This document shows, piece by piece, positions 1 through 9,242 of a DNA stretch of 64,000 bases. The translations under genes and the position numbers were made by a program. Source of the stretch: a virus. The stretch lies in IMG/VR virus record IMGVR_UViG_3300035698_009139; one strand, written 5' to 3'. Position 1 is the stretch's first letter, and every line of letters starts with the position of its first letter. The notes beneath the pieces are model-generated. The model was given only the letters and a program-made list of their open reading frames with translations. It searched no databases and was not told the DNA's origin.

Positions 1-2
1 TC

Positions 3-842
3 GGCAATTACTTCAATGACATTGTAGTACAGAGAACCAATACAGCTGGCACCAGACTGCAAACTATATCTGTGCCGATTTCGTACGGCCCAAAAGAGAA
101 GTTCATCGTGCGATTGGCACAGGATCCTGATGTCGATCGAAAGATTGCAATCAGCTTGCCTCGCCTAGGTTTTGAAATTACTGGCATGTATTATGACGGG
201 TCGCGGATGCTGAGCAAAACACAGCAGAATAAGCACATCGTGACGACAGATTACAACAACGTCAGAACACAATTCACACCATCGCCTTTCAACTTCAACA
301 TTTCGCTAAACATCTTCGTCCGCAACGCCGATGATGGCACGCAGATCGTTGAGCAGATTCTACCGTACTTCACACCAGAGTGGACGTCATCGGTTAAGAT
401 CGTCCCCGAAATGTCTATTGCATTGGATGTACCAACCGTGCTGCAGAACGTGATCATTGAAGACGCATACGAAGGCGACTTCCAAACACGGCGAGCAATG
501 ATATGGACGATGGATTTTCTAGTTAAGGGTTGGCTGTTTGGTCCCGTGCATGATGGCGGCCGCGGCGGTGCCGGAGTGATCAAAAGAGCTCAGGTTGATT
601 TCCACTTGGGATCCAACAACTCACCTTGGGGTGCTTCACAAATACTAGCAGCATCTGCTAGAGGTGAGCGGGTGGTGGTGACCCCCGGCCTATTGGCAAA
701 CGGCTCACCAACAACTAACAGTTCTGCTTCTATTCCATACAGCCAGATATCGGCAAATGATACGTTTGGATTCGCGCAGGATATATATCATTATGATGAT
801 GGCTTGTCTTACGACCCTTCATCAGGAACTGATGCACCATAA
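3..842 (+). CDS. gp15: Tail sheath stabilizer / tail terminator gp15 (5' truncated by window edge)
   Basis: Frame open from nt 3 (GNYFNDIVVQR...VPISYGPKEKF, LPRLGFEITG, QIVEQILPYFTP); immediately upstream of the terminase genes as in T4. Confidence 0.9.
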   Translation, partial: GNYFNDIVVQRTNTAGTRLQTISVPISYGPKEKFIVRLAQDPDVDRKIAISLPRLGFEITGMYYDGSRMLSKTQQNKHIVTTDYNNVRTQFTPSPFNFNISLNIFVRNADDGTQIVEQILPYFTPEWTSSVKIVPEMSIALDVPTVLQNVIIEDAYEGDFQTRRAMIWTMDFLVKGWLFGPVHDGGRGGAGVIKRAQVDFHLGSNNSPWGASQILAASARGERVVVTPGLLANGSPTTNSSASIPYSQISANDTFGFAQDIYHYDDGLSYDPSSGTDAP

Positions 843-852
843 GTGAGGTATT

Positions 853-1326
853 ATGAAGAAGAGTAACGTAGAGACCGGTTTGGAGAACGCTTTGAACATA
901 GCAGAGTCTCCTTCGATCGGATCACACATGGAGATATTGCCGCCTAGCACAGATATCACGGAAGTAACGCCAGTCGACGCCAAAAACGATCAGGTTGAAG
1001 ATGATTACCAGATGGCCCGCGAGCAATTACGAGAGCTCGCCCACAACGGACAAGCTGTAATTACCCGAATGAACCAGTTAGCGGAGATTGCTGAGTCACC
1101 ACGCATGTTTGAAGTGTTGGCTAAGATGATTGATTCCGTAGCCAAGGTTAACCAGGATCTTTTGAATCTATCTGATCAAAAAGCCACGATCGACAATAAA
1201 CATGGTCGCTCTGGCACAATTGAAGGCGACGCAGAAGGCGAAGTCAATATATATTTCCGGGGGACCACTTCTGATCTCTTAGCCACAATGAAGAACGCGG
1301 CCGCCGAGAAAAAAGATAAAAAATAA
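853..1326 (+). CDS. gp16: Terminase small subunit gp16
   Basis: DDYQMAREQL, ESPRMFEVLAKMI, FRGTTSDL motifs; overlaps gp17 start. Confidence 0.88.
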   Translation: MKKSNVETGLENALNIAESPSIGSHMEILPPSTDITEVTPVDAKNDQVEDDYQMAREQLRELAHNGQAVITRMNQLAEIAESPRMFEVLAKMIDSVAKVNQDLLNLSDQKATIDNKHGRSGTIEGDAEGEVNIYFRGTTSDLLATMKNAAAEKKDKK

Positions 1327-2963
1327 TGTCTGACAGCACCATTTATATGAATAATCCCAACCTCAAACGGGTCGGGATTCCAGTTGAGTTTACACAAGAG
1401 CAAGTGCAAGAGTACATCAAGTGCGCCGCCGATCCTGAGTACTTCATCAGCAAGTACGTTAAGATCGTCAACGTCGATGAAGGCCTTGTGCCATTTGATA
1501 TGTATCCGTTTCAGCGGACGATGGTCAACACTTTCCACGACAATCGATTCGTAATTTGCAAGCTACCACGTCAGTCCGGCAAATCAACCGTCGTTGTTTC
1601 GTATATGCTGCATCAGATTCTGTTCAAAGACCGACAAAGTATTGCCATTCTAGCTAATAAGGGCCAGCTTGCTCGCGATCTGTTGGCTAAGATTAAGTTA
1701 GCATACGAACATTTACCGAAATGGCTGCAACAGGGAATCAAGAAGTGGAATGAGGGTGGCGTTGAAGTAGAAAACGGCAGTAAGATCATCGCTGCAGCAA
1801 CGAGTTCAAGTGCTGTTCGTGGTGGATCTTACAACCTTGTGTTTCTTGACGAGTTTGCGTTCGTTGGAAACAACATGGCTGATGATTTCTTCAGCTCAGT
1901 TTATCCTACGATTTCATCTGGTACAACGACGAAAGTGTTCATTGTGTCTACACCAAATGGCATGAATCACTTCTACAAAAGATGGTGTGATGCCGATGAA
2001 GGGCGATCACAGTACATTCCTATCGAAGTTCAATGGAATCAGATTCCAGGCCGCGACGAGAAATGGCGGATCGACCAGATCTCTAACACCAGCGAAGAGC
2101 AGTTCAAACAGGAGTTTGAGTGCGAGTTTCTTGGCAGTGTTAACACGCTTATCAACGCAGCAAAATTACGCCAGATGGCATTTGTTAAGCCGATCGAAAC
2201 CAAAAACGACTTCCATATATATGTGCAGCCACAAAAGAAGCACACGTACGTGATTACAGTTGACACATCAAGAGGTGTCGGCATTGATAACCACGCGTTC
2301 ATCGTTGTCGACGTAACGGAAATGCCGTATCAGGTTGTCGGTAAGTATTATAGCTCGGTCGAATCGCCGCTAATGTATCCAAGCATCATATACAATGTGG
2401 CTAAGGAATACAACGATGCATTTGTGCTTGTTGAAAGCAATGATCTAGGCGAGCAGGTAGCTAATATTCTGCACCATGACCTGGAATATGAAAATATGCT
2501 AACTACAGTTCTGAAAGGGCGCGCCGGTCAGCAGCTGGGCGGCGGGTTCGGTCAGAAAGTTGGACTAGGCGTCAAGACAACTAAGCAGGTTAAACGGATC
2601 GGTTGTTCCAACATCAAGGATCTGATCGAGGGCGACAAGATTCTGATTCAGGATTTTGATATCATCAGCGAGCTTTCATCGTTTGTTCAAAAAGGCAATT
2701 CATATGAGGCCGATGAGGGCTTTCACGATGATTTGGTGATGTGCTTAGTATTGTTTGGCTGGGCGGCGAGATCGGACTATTTCAAAGAGCTGACTGACAT
2801 AGATATAAGGCAGAAGCTATACGACACCAAAATCAGTGGCATGGAAGATGATATGCTACCGTTTGGATTGTATGAAGACGGCCTCGAAGATGCCGCAGAG
2901 ATGGTGGATGCAGCAGGAGATGTGTGGACAGTCGTCGACTTCAACCCATTTGGCATCTATTAG
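1326..2963 (+). CDS. gp17: Terminase large subunit gp17
   Basis: YMNNPNLK, Walker A LPRQSGKST, Walker B VFLDEFAF, STPNGMNHFY, nuclease HDDLVM. Confidence 0.97.
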   Translation: MSDSTIYMNNPNLKRVGIPVEFTQEQVQEYIKCAADPEYFISKYVKIVNVDEGLVPFDMYPFQRTMVNTFHDNRFVICKLPRQSGKSTVVVSYMLHQILFKDRQSIAILANKGQLARDLLAKIKLAYEHLPKWLQQGIKKWNEGGVEVENGSKIIAAATSSSAVRGGSYNLVFLDEFAFVGNNMADDFFSSVYPTISSGTTTKVFIVSTPNGMNHFYKRWCDADEGRSQYIPIEVQWNQIPGRDEKWRIDQISNTSEEQFKQEFECEFLGSVNTLINAAKLRQMAFVKPIETKNDFHIYVQPQKKHTYVITVDTSRGVGIDNHAFIVVDVTEMPYQVVGKYYSSVESPLMYPSIIYNVAKEYNDAFVLVESNDLGEQVANILHHDLEYENMLTTVLKGRAGQQLGGGFGQKVGLGVKTTKQVKRIGCSNIKDLIEGDKILIQDFDIISELSSFVQKGNSYEADEGFHDDLVMCLVLFGWAARSDYFKELTDIDIRQKLYDTKISGMEDDMLPFGLYEDGLEDAAEMVDAAGDVWTVVDFNPFGIY

Positions 2964-2964
2964 C

Positions 2965-2984
2965 CCGATCCCACTAAGGGTCGG
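2965..2984 (+). terminator. Stem-loop after gp17 (possible terminator)
   Basis: CCGATCC-cactaa-GGGTCGG hairpin just after the gp17 stop; U-tract is weak. Confidence 0.45.
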
Positions 2985-2989
2985 TATCT

Positions 2990-2997
2990 TATAAATA
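2990..2997 (+). promoter_or_regulatory. T4-type late promoter (gp18)
   Basis: Exact TATAAATA in the intergenic gap upstream of gp18. Confidence 0.85.
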
Positions 2998-3047
2998 ATT
3001 AAAATCGATTTATATGCGCTCGATTGCAAAATAAGAGGAGATTAGCA

Positions 3048-4985
3048 ATGCCATTCAGAGTTTCGCCAGGTATTGACGTACGTGAGATTGATCTAACGAC
3101 AGTTGTCCCATCTGTATCGACAACGGAAGCCGGCATCGCCGGGCATTTCCGCTGGGGTCCAGTGGAGCAGCGCGTTTTGATAGAGAGTGAAACCTCTCTT
3201 GTAGGTAATTTCCAGACGCCAAATTCAAACACTGCTGATGACTTCTTCACAGCCGCCAGCTTTCTTTCATACGGCAACAAGCTATGGACAGTTCGCATCA
3301 TTGACGATACGACATCTGGTGCAACAGGTCGTAACGCTACGACAAACTCAGCCAACACAGCAGACACGATCATCAAGAACGAAGATCTGTACAACGAAAA
3401 CAATTCAACAGGTATTTCTGGTGTTGGCTCATGGGTTGCAAAATATCCGGGCGAGCTAGGCAACACATTGAAGGTTTCTGTATGTGCCAGTCCTGCAGCA
3501 TGGTCGAGTTCACTGTCTGGTAACATTGCTGTTTCTGCTAACACAAAAGCAGTGACGGGCAACAACACATTCTTCGACACACAGCTAATAGTCGGTGACA
3601 AAATCGTTGTCGGGCCCGACCGCGAAGTTCGTAGAGTTTCTGCGATTGCTTCTAACGTAGCCATGACGCTTGAAAACAAATACACAGGCAACACTGTGTT
3701 GATCAACTCTACCCATTCCAGCTCAGTAACACGCCGCTGGGAATATTACGATTCATTCGATATTGCTCCAGGTACATCTGATTACGCCAATACACAGGGC
3801 GCGACGTCCGATGAAATGCATGTGGTTGTGGTTGACGAGGACGGGCAGTGGACGACAGTTCGCGGTCAGGTAATGGAGACATTCGAAAAGGTATCTCTGG
3901 CATCCGATGCTAAAACATCGGCCGGTGCTACGAACTATTACAAAGAGGTTATCAACCAACAGTCACGTTTTGTTTGGTGGGCAGCTCACAGTGGTTCGAA
4001 CGCAAGCGCAGGCACAAAAGCATCTGGTATCACATTTGCTGGTGGATTTGTACCGCAGACCAATTCGTTTGTAAATGGTCGTGATGGCAATCAGCCAACC
4101 AATGGTCAGTACAACACCGGCTTCGATATGTTCAACAATAGCGAAGACGTCGATGTGTCTTTCCTACTAGGAGCAGCAGCCAACCAGACACGTGCCATTC
4201 ATTTGATGAACAACATCTCTGAAGTTCGTAAGGACTGCTTGGCTTGTATCTCACCACGGCGCGCGGACGTTGTCAACAACAGCGGCTACAGTGGTTCGGA
4301 AATGGACGACATCATCGCATATCGCGATACGTTGCCTTCTTCGTCATATGCCGTAATGGATAGTGGCTGGAAGTACATGTACGACAAGTACAACGACATT
4401 TACCGATATGTGCCATGTAATGGTGACACGGCCGGTACAATGGTTCGTACTGATAGCGTTCGTGATCCTTGGTTTAGCCCAGCTGGCTTCAATCGAGGCA
4501 ACTTGAAGAACGTAATCAAGCTGGCTTACAACCCATCTGCAGGTCAGCGTGATCAGCTTTACAAGAAGGGCGTCAACCCAATTGTGACATTCCCAGGTCA
4601 GGGAACGATCTTGTATGGTGATAAGACGATGCTTGCAAAGCCAAGTGCATTTGACCGTATCAACGTGCGGCGCTTGTTTATCGTGCTTGAGAAAGCAATT
4701 GCAACAGCAGCCAACTTCACATTGTTCGAGTTCAATGATGAGTTCACGCGCGCACAGTTCAAGAATCTAGTCGAGCCATTCCTACGGGATGTCCAGGGTC
4801 GTCGAGGCATCTTTGATTTCCGCGTAGTAGTGGATGAGTCAAATAACACCGGAGAAGTGATTGACCGTAACGAGTTTATTGGTGACATCTACATCAAACC
4901 AGCTCGCTCAATCAACTTCATTCAGCTTAACTTCGTGGCTGTTCGATCTGGTGTTGACTTCGAAGAAATCGTAGGCAGCTTCTAA
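3048..4985 (+). CDS. gp18: Tail sheath protein gp18
   Basis: SPGIDVREIDLT, FRWGP, PWFSPAGFNRG, FDRINVRRLF, KPARSINFIQLNF; SD GAGGAG precedes ATG 3048. Confidence 0.97.
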   Translation: MPFRVSPGIDVREIDLTTVVPSVSTTEAGIAGHFRWGPVEQRVLIESETSLVGNFQTPNSNTADDFFTAASFLSYGNKLWTVRIIDDTTSGATGRNATTNSANTADTIIKNEDLYNENNSTGISGVGSWVAKYPGELGNTLKVSVCASPAAWSSSLSGNIAVSANTKAVTGNNTFFDTQLIVGDKIVVGPDREVRRVSAIASNVAMTLENKYTGNTVLINSTHSSSVTRRWEYYDSFDIAPGTSDYANTQGATSDEMHVVVVDEDGQWTTVRGQVMETFEKVSLASDAKTSAGATNYYKEVINQQSRFVWWAAHSGSNASAGTKASGITFAGGFVPQTNSFVNGRDGNQPTNGQYNTGFDMFNNSEDVDVSFLLGAAANQTRAIHLMNNISEVRKDCLACISPRRADVVNNSGYSGSEMDDIIAYRDTLPSSSYAVMDSGWKYMYDKYNDIYRYVPCNGDTAGTMVRTDSVRDPWFSPAGFNRGNLKNVIKLAYNPSAGQRDQLYKKGVNPIVTFPGQGTILYGDKTMLAKPSAFDRINVRRLFIVLEKAIATAANFTLFEFNDEFTRAQFKNLVEPFLRDVQGRRGIFDFRVVVDESNNTGEVIDRNEFIGDIYIKPARSINFIQLNFVAVRSGVDFEEIVGSF

Positions 4986-5010
4986 GAGCTGATAAAGGGA
5001 GAAGAAACAA

Positions 5011-5559
5011 ATGGCATTTAACGTAAACGCCTTCCAGGGTGCTATGAAGTTCGGCGGAGCTCGCTCGTCGCTGTTCGAAGTAAATATCACGAATCCAGTC
5101 AATGGCATCTCAGACATTGACGCACCGTTCAAAATCAGAGCTTCTCAGATCCCATCAGCCACGGTTGGTGTGATCGAAACTCCGTATTTTGGTCGCCGAG
5201 TTAAGTTCGCTGGCAACAGAATCTATCCAGAATGGTCTGTTGTATGCCTTAACGACGAAGACTTCTTGCTGCGTAATGCACTTGAAGAATGGTCACATAA
5301 AATCAATGGCGCCCAGTCTAACTTGAGAGAGTTCGAAGCCGCTTCACCAACGTTGTATAAGTCTACAGCACAGGTAACGCAGTTCAGCAAGACAGGTGTC
5401 CCTCTACGAGTGTATAACTTCATTGGCCTATGGCCAGCCGATGTCCAGGCCATCGACTTGGGTTGGGATCAGGGAGATCAAATCCAGGAATTTTCTTGCA
5501 CATTTGTGTATGATTACTGGGAAGTTAGTGGTGGTATTACCGGCAACGGCGGAACCTAA
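5011..5559 (+). CDS. gp19: Tail tube protein gp19
   Basis: GARSSLFEV, YFGRRVKFAGNR, NDEDF, FSCTFVYDYW; follows gp18. Confidence 0.95.
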   Translation: MAFNVNAFQGAMKFGGARSSLFEVNITNPVNGISDIDAPFKIRASQIPSATVGVIETPYFGRRVKFAGNRIYPEWSVVCLNDEDFLLRNALEEWSHKINGAQSNLREFEAASPTLYKSTAQVTQFSKTGVPLRVYNFIGLWPADVQAIDLGWDQGDQIQEFSCTFVYDYWEVSGGITGNGGT

Positions 5560-5586
5560 TTTAACACTATTTGAACGATTTTTTGG

Positions 5587-5624
5587 ACGGAGGCTCGCTA
5601 AATATACGCGACGCCTCCGTTTTC
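5587..5624 (+). promoter_or_regulatory. Hairpin plus T-tract with a late-promoter-like TAAATA in its loop (gp20 upstream)
   Basis: ACGGAGGC-TCGC-[TAAATATAC]-GCGA-C-GCCTCCGT followed by TTT. Confidence 0.6.
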
Positions 5625-5639
5625 AATAAGGGTATATGA

Positions 5640-7358
5640 ATGGTACAGCTTTTCGGATTTAAATTCGGCGAGACCAAGAAACAAGAAAAAGCCGATCCTA
5701 ATATTAAATCTTTTGCGCCACCGCCTAACGAAGACGGTGCTATTGAGGTTGCTCCAGGTGGCGCTTATGGCACGTTTGTTGATCTCGAAGGTACGGCTAA
5801 AAATGAAGCCGAGCTTGTAACACGTTATCGTGGCATGTCTCTGCAGGCCGAGTGCGATAAGGCAATTGAAGACATCATTGATGAGGCTATCATCACTGAG
5901 AACCCAGATAAATTGGCGGTTGAAATCAACCTAGAAAACACCAAACTATCTGACGGAATCAAAAAGAAGATTTTGGTCGAATATGAGGAAATGGTTAAGC
6001 TATTGAAGTTTGACCACAAAGCTCACGATCTATTCCGCCGTTGGTATGTCGATGGCCGTATGTATTATCATATGATGATTGACATCGAGAACCCCAAAAA
6101 GGGCATCGTCGAGCTTCGCTATGTAGATCCTCGCAAGATCAGAAAGATCCGCGAGCCAATCAATGAAAAAGATCCAGCATCTGGCCAGATGGTTAACAAA
6201 GGTTTCCGGGAATATTACATCTACAGCCCGCGAGGCCTATCAGCTACAGCACAGGGAATCAGAATTTCTCCTGATGCAGTTTGCTATGTAACTAGCGGTG
6301 TGATGGATCAGAAAAACACAATGGTACTCGGCCATCTTCATAAGGCCATTAAGCCTCTGAACCAGTTGCGTATGCTAGAAGATGCTACAGTCATTTATCG
6401 TCTATCAAGAGCACCAGAACGTCGAATCTTCTATATCGATGTTGGTAATTTGCCTAAAGCTAAGGCCGAGCAGTATCTACGCGATATGATGGTTAAGCAC
6501 AAGAACCGCCTTGTGTATGATGCGTCGACTGGAGCTGTACGCGATGATCGTAAATTTATGACAATGTTGGAAGATTTCTGGCTACCTCGTCGTGAAGGCG
6601 GTAAAGGTACTGAAATCACAACGTTACCAGGCGGCCAGAATCTAGGTGAGATGGATGACGTCGAATACTTCAAAAAGGGATTGTATAAGTCACTTAATGT
6701 GCCGCTATCTCGTATGGAGTCAGAGACCCAGTTCAACCTCGGCCGATCAACTGAAATTTCTCGAGATGAGGTGATGTTCAATAAGTTTGTTCAGCGCCTG
6801 CGTGCTCGATTCACTATGTTGTTTTTGCAGTTGTTAAAGACCCAGCTTATGCTAAAAGGCGTGATGACATCTGAAGAATGGAAAGAAGTCAAGCACAAGA
6901 TCAAGTTCGATTTTCAGCAGGACAATTATTTCACTGAGCTTAAAGAAGGCGAAATGATGAAAGAGCGTCTTGCTATTCTGCAGGAGGCTGACCAGTTCGA
7001 AGGTCGTTACGTATCTCAGGGCGAGATTTGGAGAGAAATCCTTCGATACGACGAAGAGAAGATTCAGCAAATCAAAGACGAAATCGCCGCAGAGGATCCT
7101 ATGTCTGTGCCGCCTGATAAAATGCAGGATGGTGCTATGCCAGAAGATACACCTGTGCCTGATATACCTGAACCGGACGCTGAAAAGCCGAAGAAGGAGC
7201 ACATGTACGTTAAAAACGCCGACATGTTGAACGAGACTTTTGAGCAGACATTCGGCGGCAGTGATAAACTGGCCGGATTGTTCGAGGAACTGGATAAGGG
7301 TGTAAACAAGCCATCATCGAAAGCTCTCGACAAACTGTTCAATGCACTAGGAAAGTAA
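5640..7358 (+). CDS. gp20: Portal protein gp20
   Basis: LFGF N-terminus, FRRWYVDGR, YRLSRAPERRIFYIDVGNLPK, EDFWLPRREGGKGTEITTLPGG. Confidence 0.97.
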   Translation: MVQLFGFKFGETKKQEKADPNIKSFAPPPNEDGAIEVAPGGAYGTFVDLEGTAKNEAELVTRYRGMSLQAECDKAIEDIIDEAIITENPDKLAVEINLENTKLSDGIKKKILVEYEEMVKLLKFDHKAHDLFRRWYVDGRMYYHMMIDIENPKKGIVELRYVDPRKIRKIREPINEKDPASGQMVNKGFREYYIYSPRGLSATAQGIRISPDAVCYVTSGVMDQKNTMVLGHLHKAIKPLNQLRMLEDATVIYRLSRAPERRIFYIDVGNLPKAKAEQYLRDMMVKHKNRLVYDASTGAVRDDRKFMTMLEDFWLPRREGGKGTEITTLPGGQNLGEMDDVEYFKKGLYKSLNVPLSRMESETQFNLGRSTEISRDEVMFNKFVQRLRARFTMLFLQLLKTQLMLKGVMTSEEWKEVKHKIKFDFQQDNYFTELKEGEMMKERLAILQEADQFEGRYVSQGEIWREILRYDEEKIQQIKDEIAAEDPMSVPPDKMQDGAMPEDTPVPDIPEPDAEKPKKEHMYVKNADMLNETFEQTFGGSDKLAGLFEELDKGVNKPSSKALDKLFNALGK

Positions 7359-7359
7359 T

Positions 7360-8322
7360 ATGGAGCAGCTATACGAATTAGGTGTTAGACTGAAGGATTA
7401 CGTCGACGATAAAGTTGACGGTCTGGAGACATCTATTGTCGAGGAGGCTAAGGTTCCTGGCCCAAAAGGCGAACGCGGCCCCCGCGGCGATCCGGGTGGC
7501 CCGGTTGGGCCTCAAGGCGATAAGGGCGACACTGGCGATAAAGGTGAGGCGGGAACTAATGGCGATCGCGGCCCAGAAGGTCTGATTGGTCCCAAGGGTG
7601 ATCGGGGCCCCAAAGGCGACACTGGCGAAACAGGTATTCGCGGCCATAACGGGCCTAAGGGTGATCGCGGTGCTAGAGGCGTTGTTGGCCCTAAAGGTGT
7701 GCCAGGTGTCAAAGGATCTGATGGATCTGATGGCAAGAACGGTAAGGATGGTAAAGTTGGGCCTAAAGGCGCAGCAGGACCAACTGGTGTAGTCGGACCT
7801 CAGGGCGGTACCGGCGCACAAGGTGAGCAAGGCACATTCGACAGAGATGAGCTATATCGAGAAGTCGATAAGAAGGTCGAAGCTGAATTCAATAAGATGC
7901 AGGGCGACTACAATCAGCGGATATCAAACTTATCCAATCGAGTAGCAGCATTTTCACCTGGTTCAGGCTCGTACAGCATCGTTGATATGCGCGACGTAGA
8001 ATTTACACAATTGGAAGCTTTGGCTAACAACACAGTACTGGTATTCGACAATACCATCGATAAGTTTAAAGCATACCCGCTAGCGACTATCATAAATAAC
8101 ATAAGGGCCGATTTAGAGATGCAGTATAACAAACAGATTGATGTGGTAGGATCTGTAACGTACATCGGCGAGTCATTGCCAGGTACGGCAGACTCTGCTT
8201 CTCTTTGGCGTATTAAAAAGGTCGATGAAACGTCGACACCAGACATTACTATCACATGGGCTGGGGGCGATGAAAATTTCGACAAGGTTTGGGATGATCG
8301 TGTATCCCTTTCATATAGCTAG
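7360..8322 (+). CDS. Collagen-like (Gly-X-Y) virion fibre protein
   Basis: About 42 G-X-Y triplets, then a coiled-coil-like segment and a C-terminal globular domain (YIGESLPG...WRIKKV...WDDR). Confidence 0.8.
   Translation: MEQLYELGVRLKDYVDDKVDGLETSIVEEAKVPGPKGERGPRGDPGGPVGPQGDKGDTGDKGEAGTNGDRGPEGLIGPKGDRGPKGDTGETGIRGHNGPKGDRGARGVVGPKGVPGVKGSDGSDGKNGKDGKVGPKGAAGPTGVVGPQGGTGAQGEQGTFDRDELYREVDKKVEAEFNKMQGDYNQRISNLSNRVAAFSPGSGSYSIVDMRDVEFTQLEALANNTVLVFDNTIDKFKAYPLATIINNIRADLEMQYNKQIDVVGSVTYIGESLPGTADSASLWRIKKVDETSTPDITITWAGGDENFDKVWDDRVSLSYS
7459..7839 (+). repeat. Collagen Gly-X-Y triplet repeat
   Basis: 4 triplets, one extra Gly, then 38 uninterrupted triplets. Confidence 0.9.
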
Positions 8323-8330
8323 GATTAAAA

Positions 8331-8765
8331 ATGCCAACACTAAAAGAAGAAATGTTAGTCGAAGTTACATACGATGGGCTGTCTAATCTAGAAATTGCGG
8401 CTGTCTTGAACACATTAAATCAAGACGCGCCAATACCATCAATCGACGTCAAGCGGTATCTTTTGTTGAAAGGTAAATGGCCGGGTATTGTTGATGCCGC
8501 CGCCCATAGTGATACAGCGGCGATTAGACAAGCAGCAACAAATATGGTGGAAAGTCTGGCGTCGTTTGTGGATTTCAATACTGGTGATGCCACTATTTTG
8601 GCAGCGGTTACAGCCGGATTAGATGCGCTTGTGGCAACAGCTTTGATGACAGCCACCAACAAAACAGAAATTTTAGCAATGAAGTCGAATCGAAAGAGTC
8701 TCGCTGATGTCAACGGGTGGGGTTACCTTAAAGAAGGCGACATAGAAATGGCGAAGGTAATATAA
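8331..8765 (+). CDS. Hypothetical protein (fibre-associated module)
   Basis: 144-aa ORF with SD (AGGA), translationally coupled to the next ORF. Confidence 0.7.
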   Translation: MPTLKEEMLVEVTYDGLSNLEIAAVLNTLNQDAPIPSIDVKRYLLLKGKWPGIVDAAAHSDTAAIRQAATNMVESLASFVDFNTGDATILAAVTAGLDALVATALMTATNKTEILAMKSNRKSLADVNGWGYLKEGDIEMAKVI

Positions 8766-9232
8766 TGGCACTTTCATATTCAGCAGTACAAACTATAACA
8801 CTGACAGCAACTTCGGTTACTGATGGTGCATGGCGTCAAAGTGCCGCAATAAATAACTCAACAAATTTGTTTGAAGACGCCCTTCTGGGTGGAACACTCC
8901 AAACAGGCACAACTCCTACTGATGGCGGCACAATAGATATTTACATCTATGCCTCATATGATGGGACGAAATATACAGCCGGTGCTTCTGGATCAGATGA
9001 AGCTTATACGGCTGATGGTGAAGAATATCTTCTACATCTAATAGAAAGTATCGTTGTTGATACGACAAGTGATATTGATTATGTCTTTGGACCGCGTTCC
9101 GTTGCCGCTTTATTTGGTGGGACAATGCCACAGAAATGGGGTGTAGTGATCGAAAATAATTCAGGTGCAACCCTTCACGCGACCGGGACGAACAACGAAA
9201 TTCAGTTCACGGGCGTTAAGTTCTCGGCATAA
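8765..9232 (+). CDS. Hypothetical beta-rich virion protein
   Basis: 155-aa Thr/Gly/Ser-rich ORF, coupled TAATG junction. Confidence 0.7.
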   Translation: MALSYSAVQTITLTATSVTDGAWRQSAAINNSTNLFEDALLGGTLQTGTTPTDGGTIDIYIYASYDGTKYTAGASGSDEAYTADGEEYLLHLIESIVVDTTSDIDYVFGPRSVAALFGGTMPQKWGVVIENNSGATLHATGTNNEIQFTGVKFSA

Positions 9233-9242
9233 GGGGCACGCT

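Noticed and set aside
7512-7736. Pro-rich minus-strand ORF
   Set aside because: Antisense image of the collagen Gly codons
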